DNA of 64,000 bases from Bugula neritina (lineage: Eukaryota; Animalia; Bryozoa). The translations under genes and the position numbers were made by a program. This document shows positions 1 to 17,922 of the stretch, in pieces (within the stretch, counting starts at the first letter, position 1; every line of letters starts with the position of its first letter). The DNA lies in NCBI GenBank assembly GCA_964035545.1, contig OZ037766.1:28317673-28381672 (forward strand), read 5' to 3'. The notes beneath the pieces are model-generated. The model had not been told where the DNA came from. It saw only the letters and a program-made list of their open reading frames with translations, and searched no databases.

Positions 1-1835
1 GGGCAGCGCCCCTGCCGCCGAAGCTCTCAGAGCACTTCTGATGCAAATTTATGCAATTTAAAGCCATTGTGAATTATAATTCTTCTGAAAAAAATCTGTG
101 TTGAAATGTGCACCTCGCTATTATTTTCATACCATACCAGCTATATGACGACTGGGCATTGCTGCAAACTATATAAATATTCAGTATTGTCCCATACCTG
201 TTGACTGTAATGTAATGTAATGTAGTCTTACTCAACTGCAGTTAGATTTGTTCTGACACTAAGTCCAACCCGTACAGAAAAATTGCTAAATATCTCAAAA
301 AGATGGAAGGATAGAGGCAGGTAACAAGTGCTCTCCAAATGCAACCTGATTACTTCAAATAACTAATACACTGCACACTAATACACTGCACAAAAAAAGA
401 ATAATAGATCAGAACAAAGGAAGATTGCTAATCAAAAGATGTGTGTTGGTTATTTATAAAGAGCAATTTGAATTGATAACTCATTGGCAAGCAGAAATTG
501 GTTGAAAACCTGTTTGGAGTTTCATAGGGTACTAGTCTAATCCATAAGGTGATACCGCCACACCTCCTTACACACAATAACGCACACCCAAGAAGAGTAT
601 TTTAACTTGGTTTTAAAATAAAACCCCTGAGCTTCCACTAGATACATCAAGGAAATATACCCCAAAAGAAGAAATTTTACAGGTTTAATATGTGTTAACC
701 TAGAAGATGATTAAATGTAAAGCCAGACATTGGTACTATCAAACATAAAAGGTTACTTATAGTGGTGTACAGTTTGCAAAACCTTATTGCATTGATAATT
801 AACATGCAATAACGCTAGGTTTTTGACCAAAATGTGGATATAGTACCTGTAGACCTCAGTGATACATTTTCATTAGCCTCTCCTACACACCTGGTACTGT
901 TTCTTGAATACAATTTGATTTTATTTCTGGATTTCATGTAGGTTTTTTCCAAATTCCATTGCTTATCGACAAAATGCAAGTCCACACAAGATAGATAAGG
1001 GCAACCTTCTAGCTGTCACTGCCTTGCTGAAGCCACGGTATTGGTATATTATAAGAATTCAGTCCAGCCAAATAAAACCTCACTTAATTGTGCTAGAATT
1101 AAAATTTAAACACCAAGTTTTAGAGCTTCCTGTTCCTCAGAGCATCTGCCTTTTTGAGATTTCAATATTTTTTTGCAAAGTTATAAACAAAAATCTACCC
1201 ATTTTTGGCCAATTTTAGCTGAAAAGTTTATTTTTCAATCCCTGCCAAATATCTCAGCAGGAAAGCATGGTATTCGAATAGAACAAACACTGTCAGAAAC
1301 CTGAGAAATTTATGTATGGCAAATTTTTTGATCTTTTCAATAGCCTTCATAGATTTTCTAAAAGTTAGTGATTTATACACCGAAAATGAAAGATTTTCTC
1401 CTTAGTAATCACCAATGCACAGCACTTCGCGCTTCAGTGAACACGTAGTGATAAGAAGATGGAATGTTGATAGCTGCTTATTATTCCCAGTGTAATCTCA
1501 GGCTAAACAATCACAAGTAGGCAACACGCATGCCACCCACATAGCATTAACATAACAACAACTTAAATTAGATTGTGAGCGAAATTTATGATATTCTCAG
1601 TGAGGATGCCCAAACTATCCTGTGTACTAATCATCTTTCAAAAATAATTATGCCCATACGGGCGTATGGCCTAGAACAGTCTAATTTCTTCTAGGCCATA
1701 CGGCGTATGGGACCGTATGGGTACCACTATACATCCCTGACTTTGTCTTTCTGAGACAGTTTTGTAAAAAAGTTGTAAATCACTCTACCCTAGTACTTTA
1801 TCGCTTGCTGGTATTCAAGTTATTTCGATTAATCA

Positions 1836-1945
1836 GTTTCCATGGTTACAGTGAACAGAAATTATGTCACCTGGCATGATGTAAACAAAAATATATTTAT
1901 GATGCAAGGTCCTTTATTGAATGGTAATTGGCTGATGGTTTGCAT
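1836..1945 (+). promoter_or_regulatory. Conserved upstream block of the receptor genes (RFX X-box-like site and inverted CCAAT box)
   Basis: gtttccatggttac (1836-1849) and attggctgatggtttg (from 1927) are retained at equivalent positions upstream of copies B (~22258-22367) and C (~29640-29746) and in the B2 remnant. Confidence 0.4.
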
Positions 1946-2114
1946 TACGTCTCATTTATCATTTTGATATGAAGTGTGCATGTTTCCTTTTTTGCAGCTG
2001 AAGTATATTTCACACAGCTTGTTTAGTCACACAGTTGAAACATAGGAAACTATTACTATTAGTTTAATTAATAGTGTTACACATTTTCAACATTCGAATA
2101 TATGAATTACAAGT

Positions 2115-6627
<4,513 letters not shown>

Positions 6628-8049
6628 TAGTTTATACAATAGAGTAGGTGGATTAGTAATGAGTGCACAATAATATATGTTCCATGCATAAATAATTTGT
6701 TTGAAACGACTCCTGTTTTTTAGGTTATGATTGACAGGTTATTGGCAAGAAATATTTTTTGATTGACTATCGATATACAATGATTTTGTTGAATGCTTGT
6801 GCTAATACACTTTACCTGCAGTAAGTGCAAGACTTTACCAGTACCCATATGCTTGGCAGTGTGATGTGAACTTCTACTACTATTAGGCTAATGGTACATA
6901 ATGACACAGTGAATGGCGAACCCAAATCATTAGACATATTTATCTTGCAAAACTTTAAACATTAGTGTAAGCAGGGAATTTCTTCATTATATTATACATT
7001 TCTTAGTTGCATCATAGTTTATGTAAACTATGATGCAACTAACAAATGTAACTAACTACTTTATGTAAACTTGCATACATATTATAGTATAAAGATAATT
7101 CAATCTCTTGTTATGTGTTTAATTATATATATGTGTATTATTATTATTCATGTGATTCAGTAGCCACTATTACTACCTTTCCAATCTTTGCATTATATAG
7201 ACTTTTCATTTGATGTTTGGAAACCGTTGCATCTAATGAAACCGCAACCACAAATTATTTTGTACAAGCATCCATTCACATAATTTGAAGCAATGGAAAC
7301 GCAGTGAGTTTGCCCAATTATTATGGATTTCAAGAGTTATTTCCTCATGGTCATTCACTGATTAGTTTTTTGTTAGTCATACCTGTACTCGTATATTGTA
7401 TGACAAACAATATATGTCATTAGCAAATCACAGAACAATCATTTTTTAGATGTTTACCTGAGCTTGTATTGGTTTCCTTGATTATCTTCTAGTTTTATTA
7501 TTATATTATTGTTGGCACATGATCTTTTTATTAATTTACAGTTTTATTGTTTTAATAAATGCTTAAACACACATGCATGTAAACAAGCTATATAAAGTTA
7601 TTGAAAAACAATTTCAAATCCAGATTGACACTCAATAGAACAAAATTATACCACAAAAAGCTATAAAAAAGATAATATCGCTGGGAAAAATAATATTTGT
7701 GCTATAAAATTATATTTTATAGTTTCTTTAATATAAAATGGAATTCAGCAAGTGGAGTTTTTTTACTGCTATTTTTTTATAGTTTTAAAAACTTTTTTTT
7801 TGATAATTCTTTTAAAATTGTCATGATGCAGCTTTTATAATTATTTTAAATATGAGGCTGTATATGTAAAAGTGTAGGTTATAATACATGTACTGACAAA
7901 TCTTGAGTATTTTATTAATACTAAGACTAGATGGTCACAAAATGTAAAATTCAGGCTACTATATATGTGTTTACTTATATTTAACATGACACCGTTAACC
8001 AGGTGAGTAGTTAAACTAAAGCACAAAATAAATATGTTAAAATTTGTTG

Positions 8050-11000
8050 TCACAAAACTTCAGAAAGGCGCTTCTCTATCTTCTGATTAATTTCAGTCAA
8101 CTGAGGATGTGTGGAGTCACATGATCCAAGCCTCTGCTTACATAAAGCCAGTTGATAAGCATCTAATGCTTGCTGGTGAAAACTTAAAGATTTTGCTCTA
8201 ACATTAGATTTTTCAGCGAAGGCTAGGTACATGTCTCCTTTATTTACTAAAATCTCAGCTTGATCTAGTAAGCTATCGCTTGGATTTGTTGATTCAAGAA
8301 TTTTAAAAGCTTCAGCAAAAAGTTGTTCTGCAAGCAGGCCGTCTCCATTTTTCCAGTCATTAAAAGCTTGTCCTGCTATAGTCTGAGCTTTGTAAACATA
8401 GGAATATTCATCTTCACTGCAAGGGTTCTCAAACATGTTGAGTGCTATATCAAAAGCTTGAGCAGCTCTACCAGGCAATCCGGCAAATGTTAAATGATAT
8501 CCAAACCGAGAGACTACTGTCGCTGATTGTGAATGAGCAACGCCAAATCGAGACAATTGGGGGAAAACTTTTAGACAGGTATCATAGAACTCTTTTGTTC
8601 CAGACAAGTCTGCTGTCTCTAATAACAAGGTTAGATGCAAATGGTCATTACAGTAAAGCTGTGTAGTCATTACCATTGACTCCAAATAGTAATCTGAAAA
8701 TGGAATTCCTCTCTTCAATGACTCCATAGCAACTCCCAAATGATACAGCGTGTTAGCGATGTCTCTGTGACAAGATTTTTCCCCATAGAGCTCTAAAAAC
8801 ATTTCTAAGCTTTTTTGAAAATACAATGCAGCTCTTTGATAGTACTTTGTGTATTGATAAACAATTCCAATAGTCCAAATCACATGAGCAAGAATTACTG
8901 TAGGAGTTGTTAGGAACACTAGTTGGCTTTCGGGTGATTCTAAAAATATGTGCCCAGCTGGAGTTGGTTTGGCTGTTGATTGCAAAGATTTATCAATGCA
9001 AATTTGCATTGCTTTTAAAAGGTGTTTCAGTGACTTTTCGTATTTGAACATCATAAGAAAGCACTCTCCAAGCCTCAGTTGCATTTTAGCTACCATAACA
9101 ATGCTGTCCTCACCTAACAAGTTCAAATTTTCCCAAATCCTAATTGCTCTTTTAAAATATTCTTGAGCAGTTGCATATTTGCTTAGCCCATAATGACTTG
9201 CTCCTATTTCGGAATAAATGTCTGCCAACAGAAATTGTTGCGTCTCATTGCTAGGAGATTGATTGGAATTCTCAAACAGTGCCAAGAAACTTTCATTGTA
9301 CTGCAATGTGATCTTTTCATGTCTTCTCTGTGCCAGAGAGTAAGTCAACGCTTTCACGCACCGCCATGTTTTCAACAAGTCATTGGGGAATTCTTGTTGA
9401 AACCTTCTGATAGTCAGTTCTGGATTTTCCATAAAAATTGTTTCACAGACGTGCTCCTGGAAGTAGTCTTGACACTCTGACCACCTGTTGCAATAGTGGT
9501 ACGTTTGAAACTTTACCAACCAGCTTGGTGAGCTGAATTCTAATTTCAGAATTTTAAACACATCCATGGAATCCATCAACTTAAGCAAATGATTTTTTAG
9601 TGCAATTGAATGTTTGCAGTACAAGTTGAACAGATTTTGTGAAAGCACCCATCTTGAACCAGCTGCTTCTGGAATTTGAGGAAATCTTCGCGGCCTTGTC
9701 ATTTGAAACATATTGATTGGTAGAACAGAAAGTCTATCATCCTGAGAATCATAGTACAAGTATGTTGATAACCGAAAATAACAAGAACAAGCCAGCATAA
9801 ATGACAAAGAAAAGTGGACAGAGTGTGAGAGCATGTTTTTTGCCGTTAGGGAATGCAGTGTCTCCCAAGAACTTGGCTCACAAACTCCAAGCAATATAGA
9901 AATATCCTCCAAGCAAATGGATGGAAACCTGTAAAGCTCATCCTTGGTATGTAAAGAAAATCCTTTATTGACAAAAATCTCAATAGGTTTAAAACCAAAC
10001 TTTTCAGAATCAGCTTTGAACATTTCAATATTAGCATTTTTTCTGTTTTCGTTAGCAGGAAAAGATTTCAGCATGCTGAATGCTTTAACAAGCTTATCAC
10101 TGTTGACTCCCTTCTTGTATATAATGTTTGCTTGATTTAACATAGTTGTAAAGTCACCATTTTTCTGCTTGATAGTTTTTGGAGGATTGTTCAGTATCTC
10201 TAAATATTGATTTTTTAACTCAGAGGGCAAAAGAATATACTGATAATCACCACAATTACCATTTCCTGTTGGGATATTTCCGGCAATTTCTTTTAATCCA
10301 TCTATTTTAAAGCCACTTGTATGTCTATCTTGAAACCAGCCTTCTAGTTCTTTAATTGCCATACACTCTAGTTTTGTCTCTTTAATACTCCCAATAATAA
10401 AGTAACTTGAAAGAGCTAGTTTGTGAAAATAGGCTAAAGTTTGGTCATTTTTTACCTCTATGAGAAACATGTACTCAAAATCTGAGTAAGGAGTCGCCTC
10501 TCCTTTAGCAAGGGATCCCAATGCAATCACAGAGAAGGCACAAGGCAGCTTTTCTGAAATACTTTCAATGCTGAAATCGAAAATAATTTTTGCAAGATCT
10601 GTCATTCTTTTGGAACAGTAGAGAGATACTTGTCGCACATAATTATAAAATCTCTCAAACTCTACTGGCAATGCAATATCTTCTGACAAAATGGCTGCTT
10701 TCTTTAATTCTCCACTGCAATATTCTTTTGTTTCACGTAAGTGCAACATAATTGTTTTGGCAGTTTGTAAACTCTGTTGAAAATCAAATGCATAATTTTT
10801 TGTTCCAATACATGTTTTCTGAACCGTAAATGCCTTTTTAGCCCATGCCACCTCATGATCTTTGTCTATGCTTCTTGCGGACACAGAGGTGCAAAGCGTG
10901 TATGCCTAAAATATTAACTAAATACAGCTTTCAAAATGAAAGTATTATGCCTATATTCAAGGAAGTAAAAGTAACCTCCCCCTAATATAAGTATTTCAGC

Positions 11001-12785
11001 TTGACTGGTTAGATGATAGATTTCCTTACTTATATTAATTTGCAAAATTAAATTATGCAGTAATTTTGAACTCTAGTATGTATATGTTAATTTTGGAAAT
11101 GTCAGCATTGATTATTAAGCTAAATATTTTCCTTTACCATAAATAGAGTCAGTTATATACTATATGTTATAAAGTATTACAGCTTTGCAAAGTAAATCCA
11201 AACATACAAAAAATTGTTAGGAATTGAAGTTTGTTGTTTGAGCCCACCTTGAGCGCATCTGTCCAGTGCCCTGTTCTCTCATACTCATCTATATAACCGT
11301 CAGCTAGTTTACTGAGGTGAGGTATTTGAACTGTCAGGTTGTAGGGACCTCCAGGAGCACTGTAATAGTCTCGTTTGAATGCATCTAAATCTTCCTTTGA
11401 AATCTGTCAATTATACATGATGCAACATGTTATGGCACATACTATAATAATTGATTCGCTGTTGATAACACACATTATACTGTATGTATATATAGATGTC
11501 GTCATCATTGAAAGCATCAAACAAATGACGAATTTATGTAAAATTGAGATAAGAAGTAGAGCTTTTTGGAAATTCAATAAGCAAAATTTAAGACAATGAT
11601 TAAGTATAGGTTAGAATATCAAACCATCTAACAGTAGAAATAATATAGCTGCAACCAGGAGTTTTGCTAACTAGCTGTAACTAGGCAGCTGTATTATAGC
11701 TGGTGAATGAAATGTGCAGTAGAATAGAAATAGTATAATAAATTAATGTGGCTCTCTAACTTTCCTATGGCATATTGAATCTCTGAACTTCTTAACGCCT
11801 ACGATATCGAATTCATACGCACTGTTTTGGTGTGGTATTACACAGGTAACTTTATTTGTTTATGTCAAACATCAACTGCCTGGTGTATAAAGATTGTAAG
11901 AGTTGAATTAGGTTTTACAGTTTAAAGCAGGACTGTCCAACAGGCTGCCCCAGGGCCTGATACAGCCCCCAGCCTAAATTTATGTGGCCATCAAAGACAT
12001 AATAATTTATAGAATTATTTTGCACATATATGAATTAGAATAAAAAAAAACACTTTTAAAATGTCTATTTTTATATATGCTACAAAACATGCAGCCTGCA
12101 GTAAGTATTGTGACTTTATTGTGTAATGAATCATAGGAGCTTGGAATCTAAGATTAATTTAAAAAAAATGATGACGTGGCCCTCAGCCAAAGCTGAGTTT
12201 TACAATGTGGCCCTTGCACTGAAAAGGTTGGACACCCCTGGCTTAGAGTATATATAAACATAAAAACATGATTTAATTTGCAAGAATTTATAGCCATTGC
12301 TATAGTTGAAAGTGCAAAGCAATGTTATAATTTCACCAGTTCAAACAATTGACAACAAATTTACACATCAGCCAATCATTTTTTGCCCTTCTGCTTCACA
12401 CTTTGATGGAGCAAGCATCAGTCTAAGAATGTCACATTATACTAATAATTAATACTTCTCCATCATAAACAAGCATATAAAATCAAACCTCAGTTGATGC
12501 AGCCAGCTTAGTAGCTTGTATAAGTTTACTTAAAACTTAAATTGCAGCCAACACTTTTACCAAGGTACATAATATGTGCAATAATGGAGAAATTGAGAAA
12601 AGCCTGTGTTTTAGATTAGAAATGTAGCACAAATAGTTATGTTCTCGCAAGAAATACAAATAAAGAACTTAGGCTATCTCAATTTCTTCACTACAGCTCC
12701 TAAAAAGCCCATTCTTTTGAAAAATGTAACAACTGAAACATTTGCCACTACTTACCACATGACCATCTTTTCTACTGGAAGCCAT
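8050..12785 (-). CDS. GlnD/DUF294-like (pol-beta superfamily) nucleotidyltransferase fused to C-terminal TPR repeats (~1010 aa)
   Basis: Large exon 8050-10905 contains the 944-aa ORF and has an acceptor tttag at 10906-10907. An in-frame upstream exon 11248-11403 reads ISKEDLDAFKRD...WTDALK, phase 0/0. Candidate first exon 12756-12785 reads MASSRKDGHV|GTAAGT, phase 0, and is less certain. NTase motif IALGSLAKGEATPYSDFE, followed by a helical region KDELYRFPS...RLSTYLYY. Kinesin-light-chain-type TPRs, e.g. ADIYSEIGASHYGLSKYATAQEYFKRAIRI and AHVIWTIGIVYQYTKYYQRAALYFQKSLEM. Confidence 0.85.
11928..12240. mobile_element. hAT (Charlie-like) MITE
   Basis: TIRs caggactgtccaa / ttggacacccctg (CAGGGGTGTCCAA type). 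Imperfect 8-bp TSD gtttaaag / gcttagag. Internal (t)ggccc motifs typical of this group. Confidence 0.7.
12575..12703. repeat. Dispersed repeat fragment; inverted copy at ~51276-51416
   Basis: gtgcaataatggagaaattgagaaaagcc...aggctatctcaattt..cactacagctccta matches the reverse complement of 51276-51416, which lies inside the AT-TSD element. Confidence 0.75.
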
Positions 12786-13486
12786 AATTTGCACTGAATA
12801 AAGTATTTTCACTTTGACGCAGGTGACTGCTCATAACACGAATCATGTTACAATATACATGTATATCAATTTTATGACTTGCTTTACAATGTTCAATGTG
12901 AAAATGTATCCTCAAACTTCCTTTTAGGCATTGAGTGACACTGATAATGATCAACACCATTTCTTTGTACAAGATAATCTATTAAGTTAGGACATATTAT
13001 TATGCACATCAGTTTAAGAATTGGTGTTATTATTAAGCAGTATAATATTATGTAATGCTTCAGTGAACAGCACCTCGATGCCTATCTATTTTAGTAGGTA
13101 TAATATGTAAGGACTCTTTATTGTATAGCAATTTCAGAACTGCATGTAGAGAACTTGAATGATTCATCAGTCTGTTGCTGTAAACTCTGAGTTTGTTTTG
13201 ACACAGGAGGAAAATTTCCAACAGTATAAAACTGCCAGCTCTACTCCTCATTGCTTTTCAATATGAAGAGTTCTGCTTGCAATGACATGAATGGAGTGTT
13301 ATCTGAATGCAGCTCTAATATTCCTATAGATCCTTCATAAATGTCATTTAGTTAGTTATAAAGTGAAATTTTATATTTATGGTGTAATTTGGCTAGGGTT
13401 TTTAGTAGATCATAGTATATAAATAGATAATCAATTATTATAAGCATTGTTTATGGATATCTACGGGTCAGTTAGTCTACTGTACT

Positions 13487-14000
13487 AGTGAGGTATTATG
13501 AGTATAGTAATATGATATTATGAGTATAGTAGTGTGGTATTATGAGTATAGTAGTGTGGTATTATGAGTATAGTAGTGTGGTATTATGAGTATAGTAGTG
13601 TGGTATTATGAGTATAGTAGTATGGTATTATGAGTATAGTAGTGTGGTTTTATGAGTATAGTAGTGTGGTATTATGAGTATAGTAGTGTGGTATTATGAG
13701 TATAGTAGTATGGTAATATGAGTATAGTAGTGTGGTATTATGAGTATAGTAGTATGGTATTATGAGTATAGTAGTATGGTAATATGAGTATAGTAGTGTG
13801 GTATTATGAGTATAGTAGTGTGGTATATTATGAGTGTAGTAGTGTGGTATAATGAGTATATATAGTAGTGTGGTATTATGAGTATAGTAGTGTGGTATTA
13901 TGAGTATAGTAGTGTGGTATTATGAGTGTAGTAGTGTGGTATTATGAGTATAGTTGTGGAGTATTATGAATATAATAGTGTGGTATTACGAGTATAGTAG
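13487..14000. repeat. 22-bp minisatellite (gtattatgagtatagtagtgtg)n, ~23 copies
   Basis: Directly visible tandem array with a 22-bp period and no spacers. Confidence 0.95.
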
Positions 14001-14744
14001 TTTGAGGAGACAACTTCTATGATAATTATGCTTTATAATATAAAGTTTTTTCTTGGAATACATACATTTACACCTGTGGACTTACTAGGATATACATACT
14101 TTATAAAACAATCATATGTTAACTAACTATAGTAGCTCTAAAAATGTTATCATATGCAGCTGTAAAATTATTGTATACATGTCTAAAGTTTGAAGCTTTA
14201 TAACACATCTCAAAGCACCACTAGAATATGTTATTATATATAGATAATATCTTTTACTTTAGCACACATAATTATTTGGTTTTATAAAAAGTATCAAATA
14301 ATTTGACATTCATTCCAGTTTAATTGCTCTGTTTTCAAAATTATTTGCTTTTCACAACAAAATCATGTCAAAGTATAGAAGTTATCCCACTCCTAATAAT
14401 GAAGCATGCAAAGTAGATTGCTTGCAGTGCCACTCAATTGCGCGGACTTTATTTATGGCATCAATACCTGTAGATCAAACTATATATGTCAAAATCAATA
14501 AAGTAATGCAAGTGTATATAACCTAAATGGTTTTTTTAATTTTTCAGCCAATTATAGGTATTAAATGGCATCTATCAAAGATGATTTAATTTATCATTAT
14601 TAAATCAAGATTTTCAATTACAATGGAGAAGCATAAAAACCAGACAATATGATTTAATTGTGTAATCTCAGAATGAAGGCACTTTACATTGGTTCTTACA
14701 GGAGCCTAACTCTTGCTGTTGCAAAATATACTATACAAAACTCA

Positions 14745-14950
14745 CTCAAGTTTATAGCCGCTATCCTCGTGAGAAACCTCTGATGGAAAGGGTTTTTGTT
14801 AGAATGGGCTAAGGCCTTGTTTAGATGAGGCACAGGAGCAATTATGACTGGATGCTGATCCTAACATCACCAATGGCCTTTGTCAGGGTTTGAACCCATG
14901 ACTTCGTGTTCACTAAGCAAGTGCTTTAACCCCTAGACCACAGCTGCTCC
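14745..14950 (-). mobile_element. tRNA-derived SINE
   Basis: Minus strand starts with a tRNA-like head, agcagctgtggtctaggggttaaagcacttgcttagtgaacacgaagtcatgggttcaaaccc, with A box TGGTCTAGGGG and B box GGTTCAAACCC. A second copy is at ~31003-31163. Absent from the homologous 3' flank of receptor copy C (~23580). Confidence 0.75.
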
Positions 14951-15307
14951 ATATAAATTATACGGAAACTGATTAAATTGTTGTCCATTTTTTAGAAAAT
15001 ATCTTGAGCCCTATTACCTAAAATTTTGTCAATTTTTTGACAACAAAACAACACTGGATGGTTAAAAATAATTTTGTCACATACAACATATTATAAGCAA
15101 TTCATCATTACCATACTGTGAGCTCAGTATTAATATTGCTCTTACAGTTAGTTCAAAAACAATTTAAAATTCAGTGGCAATCAACTTTGTGATTCCACAA
15201 ACTAAATAAAAAAACTGGTTCAATCAAAATTTCTCATTCATATTTCTAAACATCACCATCACTTTCACGGGACAAATGCTGCAAAGTCAGTACTAATACG
15301 ACTACTT

Positions 15308-16571
15308 TTATGTATAAACTTTTACAGTGTATCCATCTTCAATATAAACATTGTCCACATAGGTGATAGGTATAGCTGCATTTTCTTGAGAAATCTCTCT
15401 AGGTACTGGTATAGGAGATTTGTTTGGGGTTCTGTGCAAGCCCACTGATTGGCTGGTGTTTCTAACATTATTTGTGTTGACATGCAATTCATATGATGAT
15501 GTATTTGTGTCACCATTCTTTGTAGGGTTATTTAAAGCCGATTCTTCAGTGTTTATACTCTCCATGGATGTTCTATGAGTTAGTATAGGTTGTTCATACT
15601 GAAGATCATAGTCTGGTGAAGAAATGGTTGTAGTGTTGGTCATAGTCTGAGAAACTGTAGGATTAATCGCAGGTGCTCTGTGTTGAGGTGGAATAGAAGG
15701 ATTGTGAGATGAAAATGTAGAATTATTCTGTTGTCGTGATGTGTACATATTGTCTGTAGACCGTCTGTTCAGCACGTCTCTACTGATGATCTCTCCTGAC
15801 CGATTTCGTTTATTTCCCTCATGTTCTAAATCTAAAAATAAACATTAGCGTTTTTAACTAATTTCCAGTCACTCAAAATTTTGAATGTAACCAACAAAGT
15901 TTCCAGTACCTATATAAAAAAATTGCATTTTACCCTCTTTACTGTGTAATTGAGAAGCACAATAATTAAAATTCCGACTAGCCATAAGAATTATTTTCTA
16001 ACGTTCTTCCGGTATTCAAATAATTTAACTTTTTGTCGCTATATAATAAATACCACGGCAATTAATGCAATATTAGCCTATAATATAATATAACATAAAT
16101 TATATTATATACTAGAGTCTAGACCATAATATAGGCTACCTACACCATGTTATTTAAGTGATTTATAATTAACAATATTATTATAATATTATGTTGCATT
16201 ATATAATGTGTTATATTCGCTCATTAACTATATTCTTCTCTTTACTTAGAGATTATTATTGCATGTTGAAAGTTTAATATTCCCGAACTGCTATTAATTA
16301 AAATAACCATAACATTGTGCCTAAAAAAAAATAGCATATATTACAAAAATTGCATTGCAAGTCTGTTTCGAAATAATGTATTTGAAATTACCTAAATCAG
16401 TGCCACGGGTGTACTTATTCTTCAGTGAATAGCAAAGGCAACCAATAAAAACTGCAAGGAGGACAACTCCACATGGAGCTAGTATATATAAGGACAGAAG
16501 TGGGTCTTGTGTTATAGGTCTGTTTGTAGTCTGTCCAATGGTTGTAGTTGTATCACATTCTCCATACAGTG
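15308..16571 (-). CDS. Truncated receptor paralog B2: TM exon + cytoplasmic-tail exon only (ectodomain exons deleted); alternative 3' module or pseudogene
   Basis: Exons 16392-16571 (LYGECDTTTTIGQ...LLSLYILAPCGVVLLAVFIGCLCYSLKNK) and 15308-15831 (tail ending DGYTVKVYT*). Both are open with intact splice sites. No signal or lysozyme exons lie upstream; deletion junction at 17212-17221. Confidence 0.7.
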
Positions 16572-17864
16572 CTGTAAGTAAGTATATATGTAATACATAG
16601 TACTCTTATAAACCTACACATGTATAGATTATTTCTGCATGATTATAAGATAATATATTATATAAAATATATTTTAACATATTTTAGATAAACTAGGTAA
16701 ATGTATATATAACTCATAAATTTGTATATAAACAATTTTGGAACAACAACATTTTGAAAATGTTGCTAAAGTTTTTAAGTTAATGAAAATTTTGAGCGCA
16801 CAGTCATTTTTCCCTAATTTAAAATACAATTATTGTAACCATTGACAATTTACATATACTGCAAGCAATTTTATTTATAACTATTTTTCTTTGATTGGCC
16901 ATATTTTTTGGGAAGCTATGATCAACTGATCATCGTATTTTGACAAATCAAAGTAAACACTGTTTATTTAAATAATTGTAATGTTGAATTTTCATTCGAT
17001 TGAATGAAAAATATTTATTGGCCATTGAACTGTGGTAATACTGACTATATTTATAGCAAAACCATGGTTTATACCATTGTCAAAAAGCTACCCATCACAT
17101 ATAGACTGCCGTTATGTTTATGCAGGGATATTTTTGTTACGTTGTTGTGTAAACTTATGAACCTAATTTGCTGAAATTCATGTCAAAACAGAAGAATTTG
17201 CAGAAACTCAACAGCCAATCACCATCTAATATAACATATTTTTTATAGATTAACTGAATTCCTGTTTACAACATGTTATAGATGACACATTTATTTGCTG
17301 GAAATAACCATAGAAACAAAGAATAGAAATAAATATAAGTAATGAATTCTACTAGCAATGCACAGAGTATTGAGATTTATATTACTTTACTGTAATCATG
17401 ACACACAGTTAGTGTTTAGTATGCGTCTTGTTATAAGGGCATGACTCATTCAATTATATTGATTATTAAAAAGTAAACATACAAATGTTATCAATTGATT
17501 TCTGCTTGCCAACCACACAATTTAAACTCTCTATAACCCTCTACGCAGCAACACTAAGAGAATGTATAACTGCAAAGACCGATTCATCTACCCCCCTCCC
17601 CAATAATAACATTATTTACAAAGCTACTATGAAATCGTCAGGCAGTACCAACACCTGGCATATGTAAAGCAGAGTTTAAAGATATATATGTAATCAAACT
17701 AGTTCTTTCAAGTGCCATAAGAATAAGCATTTTACCAAACTGAATCAGCATAATTCAAGAACAAAGTTATAAGCAATGACATCATATAGAAGATCATTAG
17801 CTATGCTATCCTTTATTATAGGCCAACAGCTCAAATGATGCAACTTGCTAATTATAGAAAAATG

Positions 17865-17868
<4 letters not shown>

Positions 17869-17918
<50 letters not shown>
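17869..17918. repeat. (TA)n microsatellite
   Basis: TA run between the promoter-derived remnant of B2 and the 3' flank of copy B. Confidence 0.95.

Positions 17919-17922
<4 letters not shown>

Noticed and set aside
1-1740. Possible transposon end (ccatacg/cgtatgg hairpins at 1652-1720, ending ...catccctg)
   Set aside because: No matching TIR or TSD could be identified in the window, so boundaries and family cannot be supported.
8442-10135. Several 60-95-aa ORFs overlapping the NTase-TPR exon
   Set aside because: Antisense or alternate-frame shadows of the 944-aa ORF.
13060-13345. Coding-like minus-strand stretch upstream of the NTase-TPR gene
   Set aside because: In-frame stops, no recognisable homology and no convincing splice path.
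13487-14000. Possible CRISPR array
   Set aside because: Head-to-tail 22-bp units with no unique spacers, no cas genes, eukaryotic context.
14870-14950. Functional tRNA gene
   Set aside because: A/B boxes are present, but it continues into a body shared with a second dispersed copy; better explained as a SINE head.
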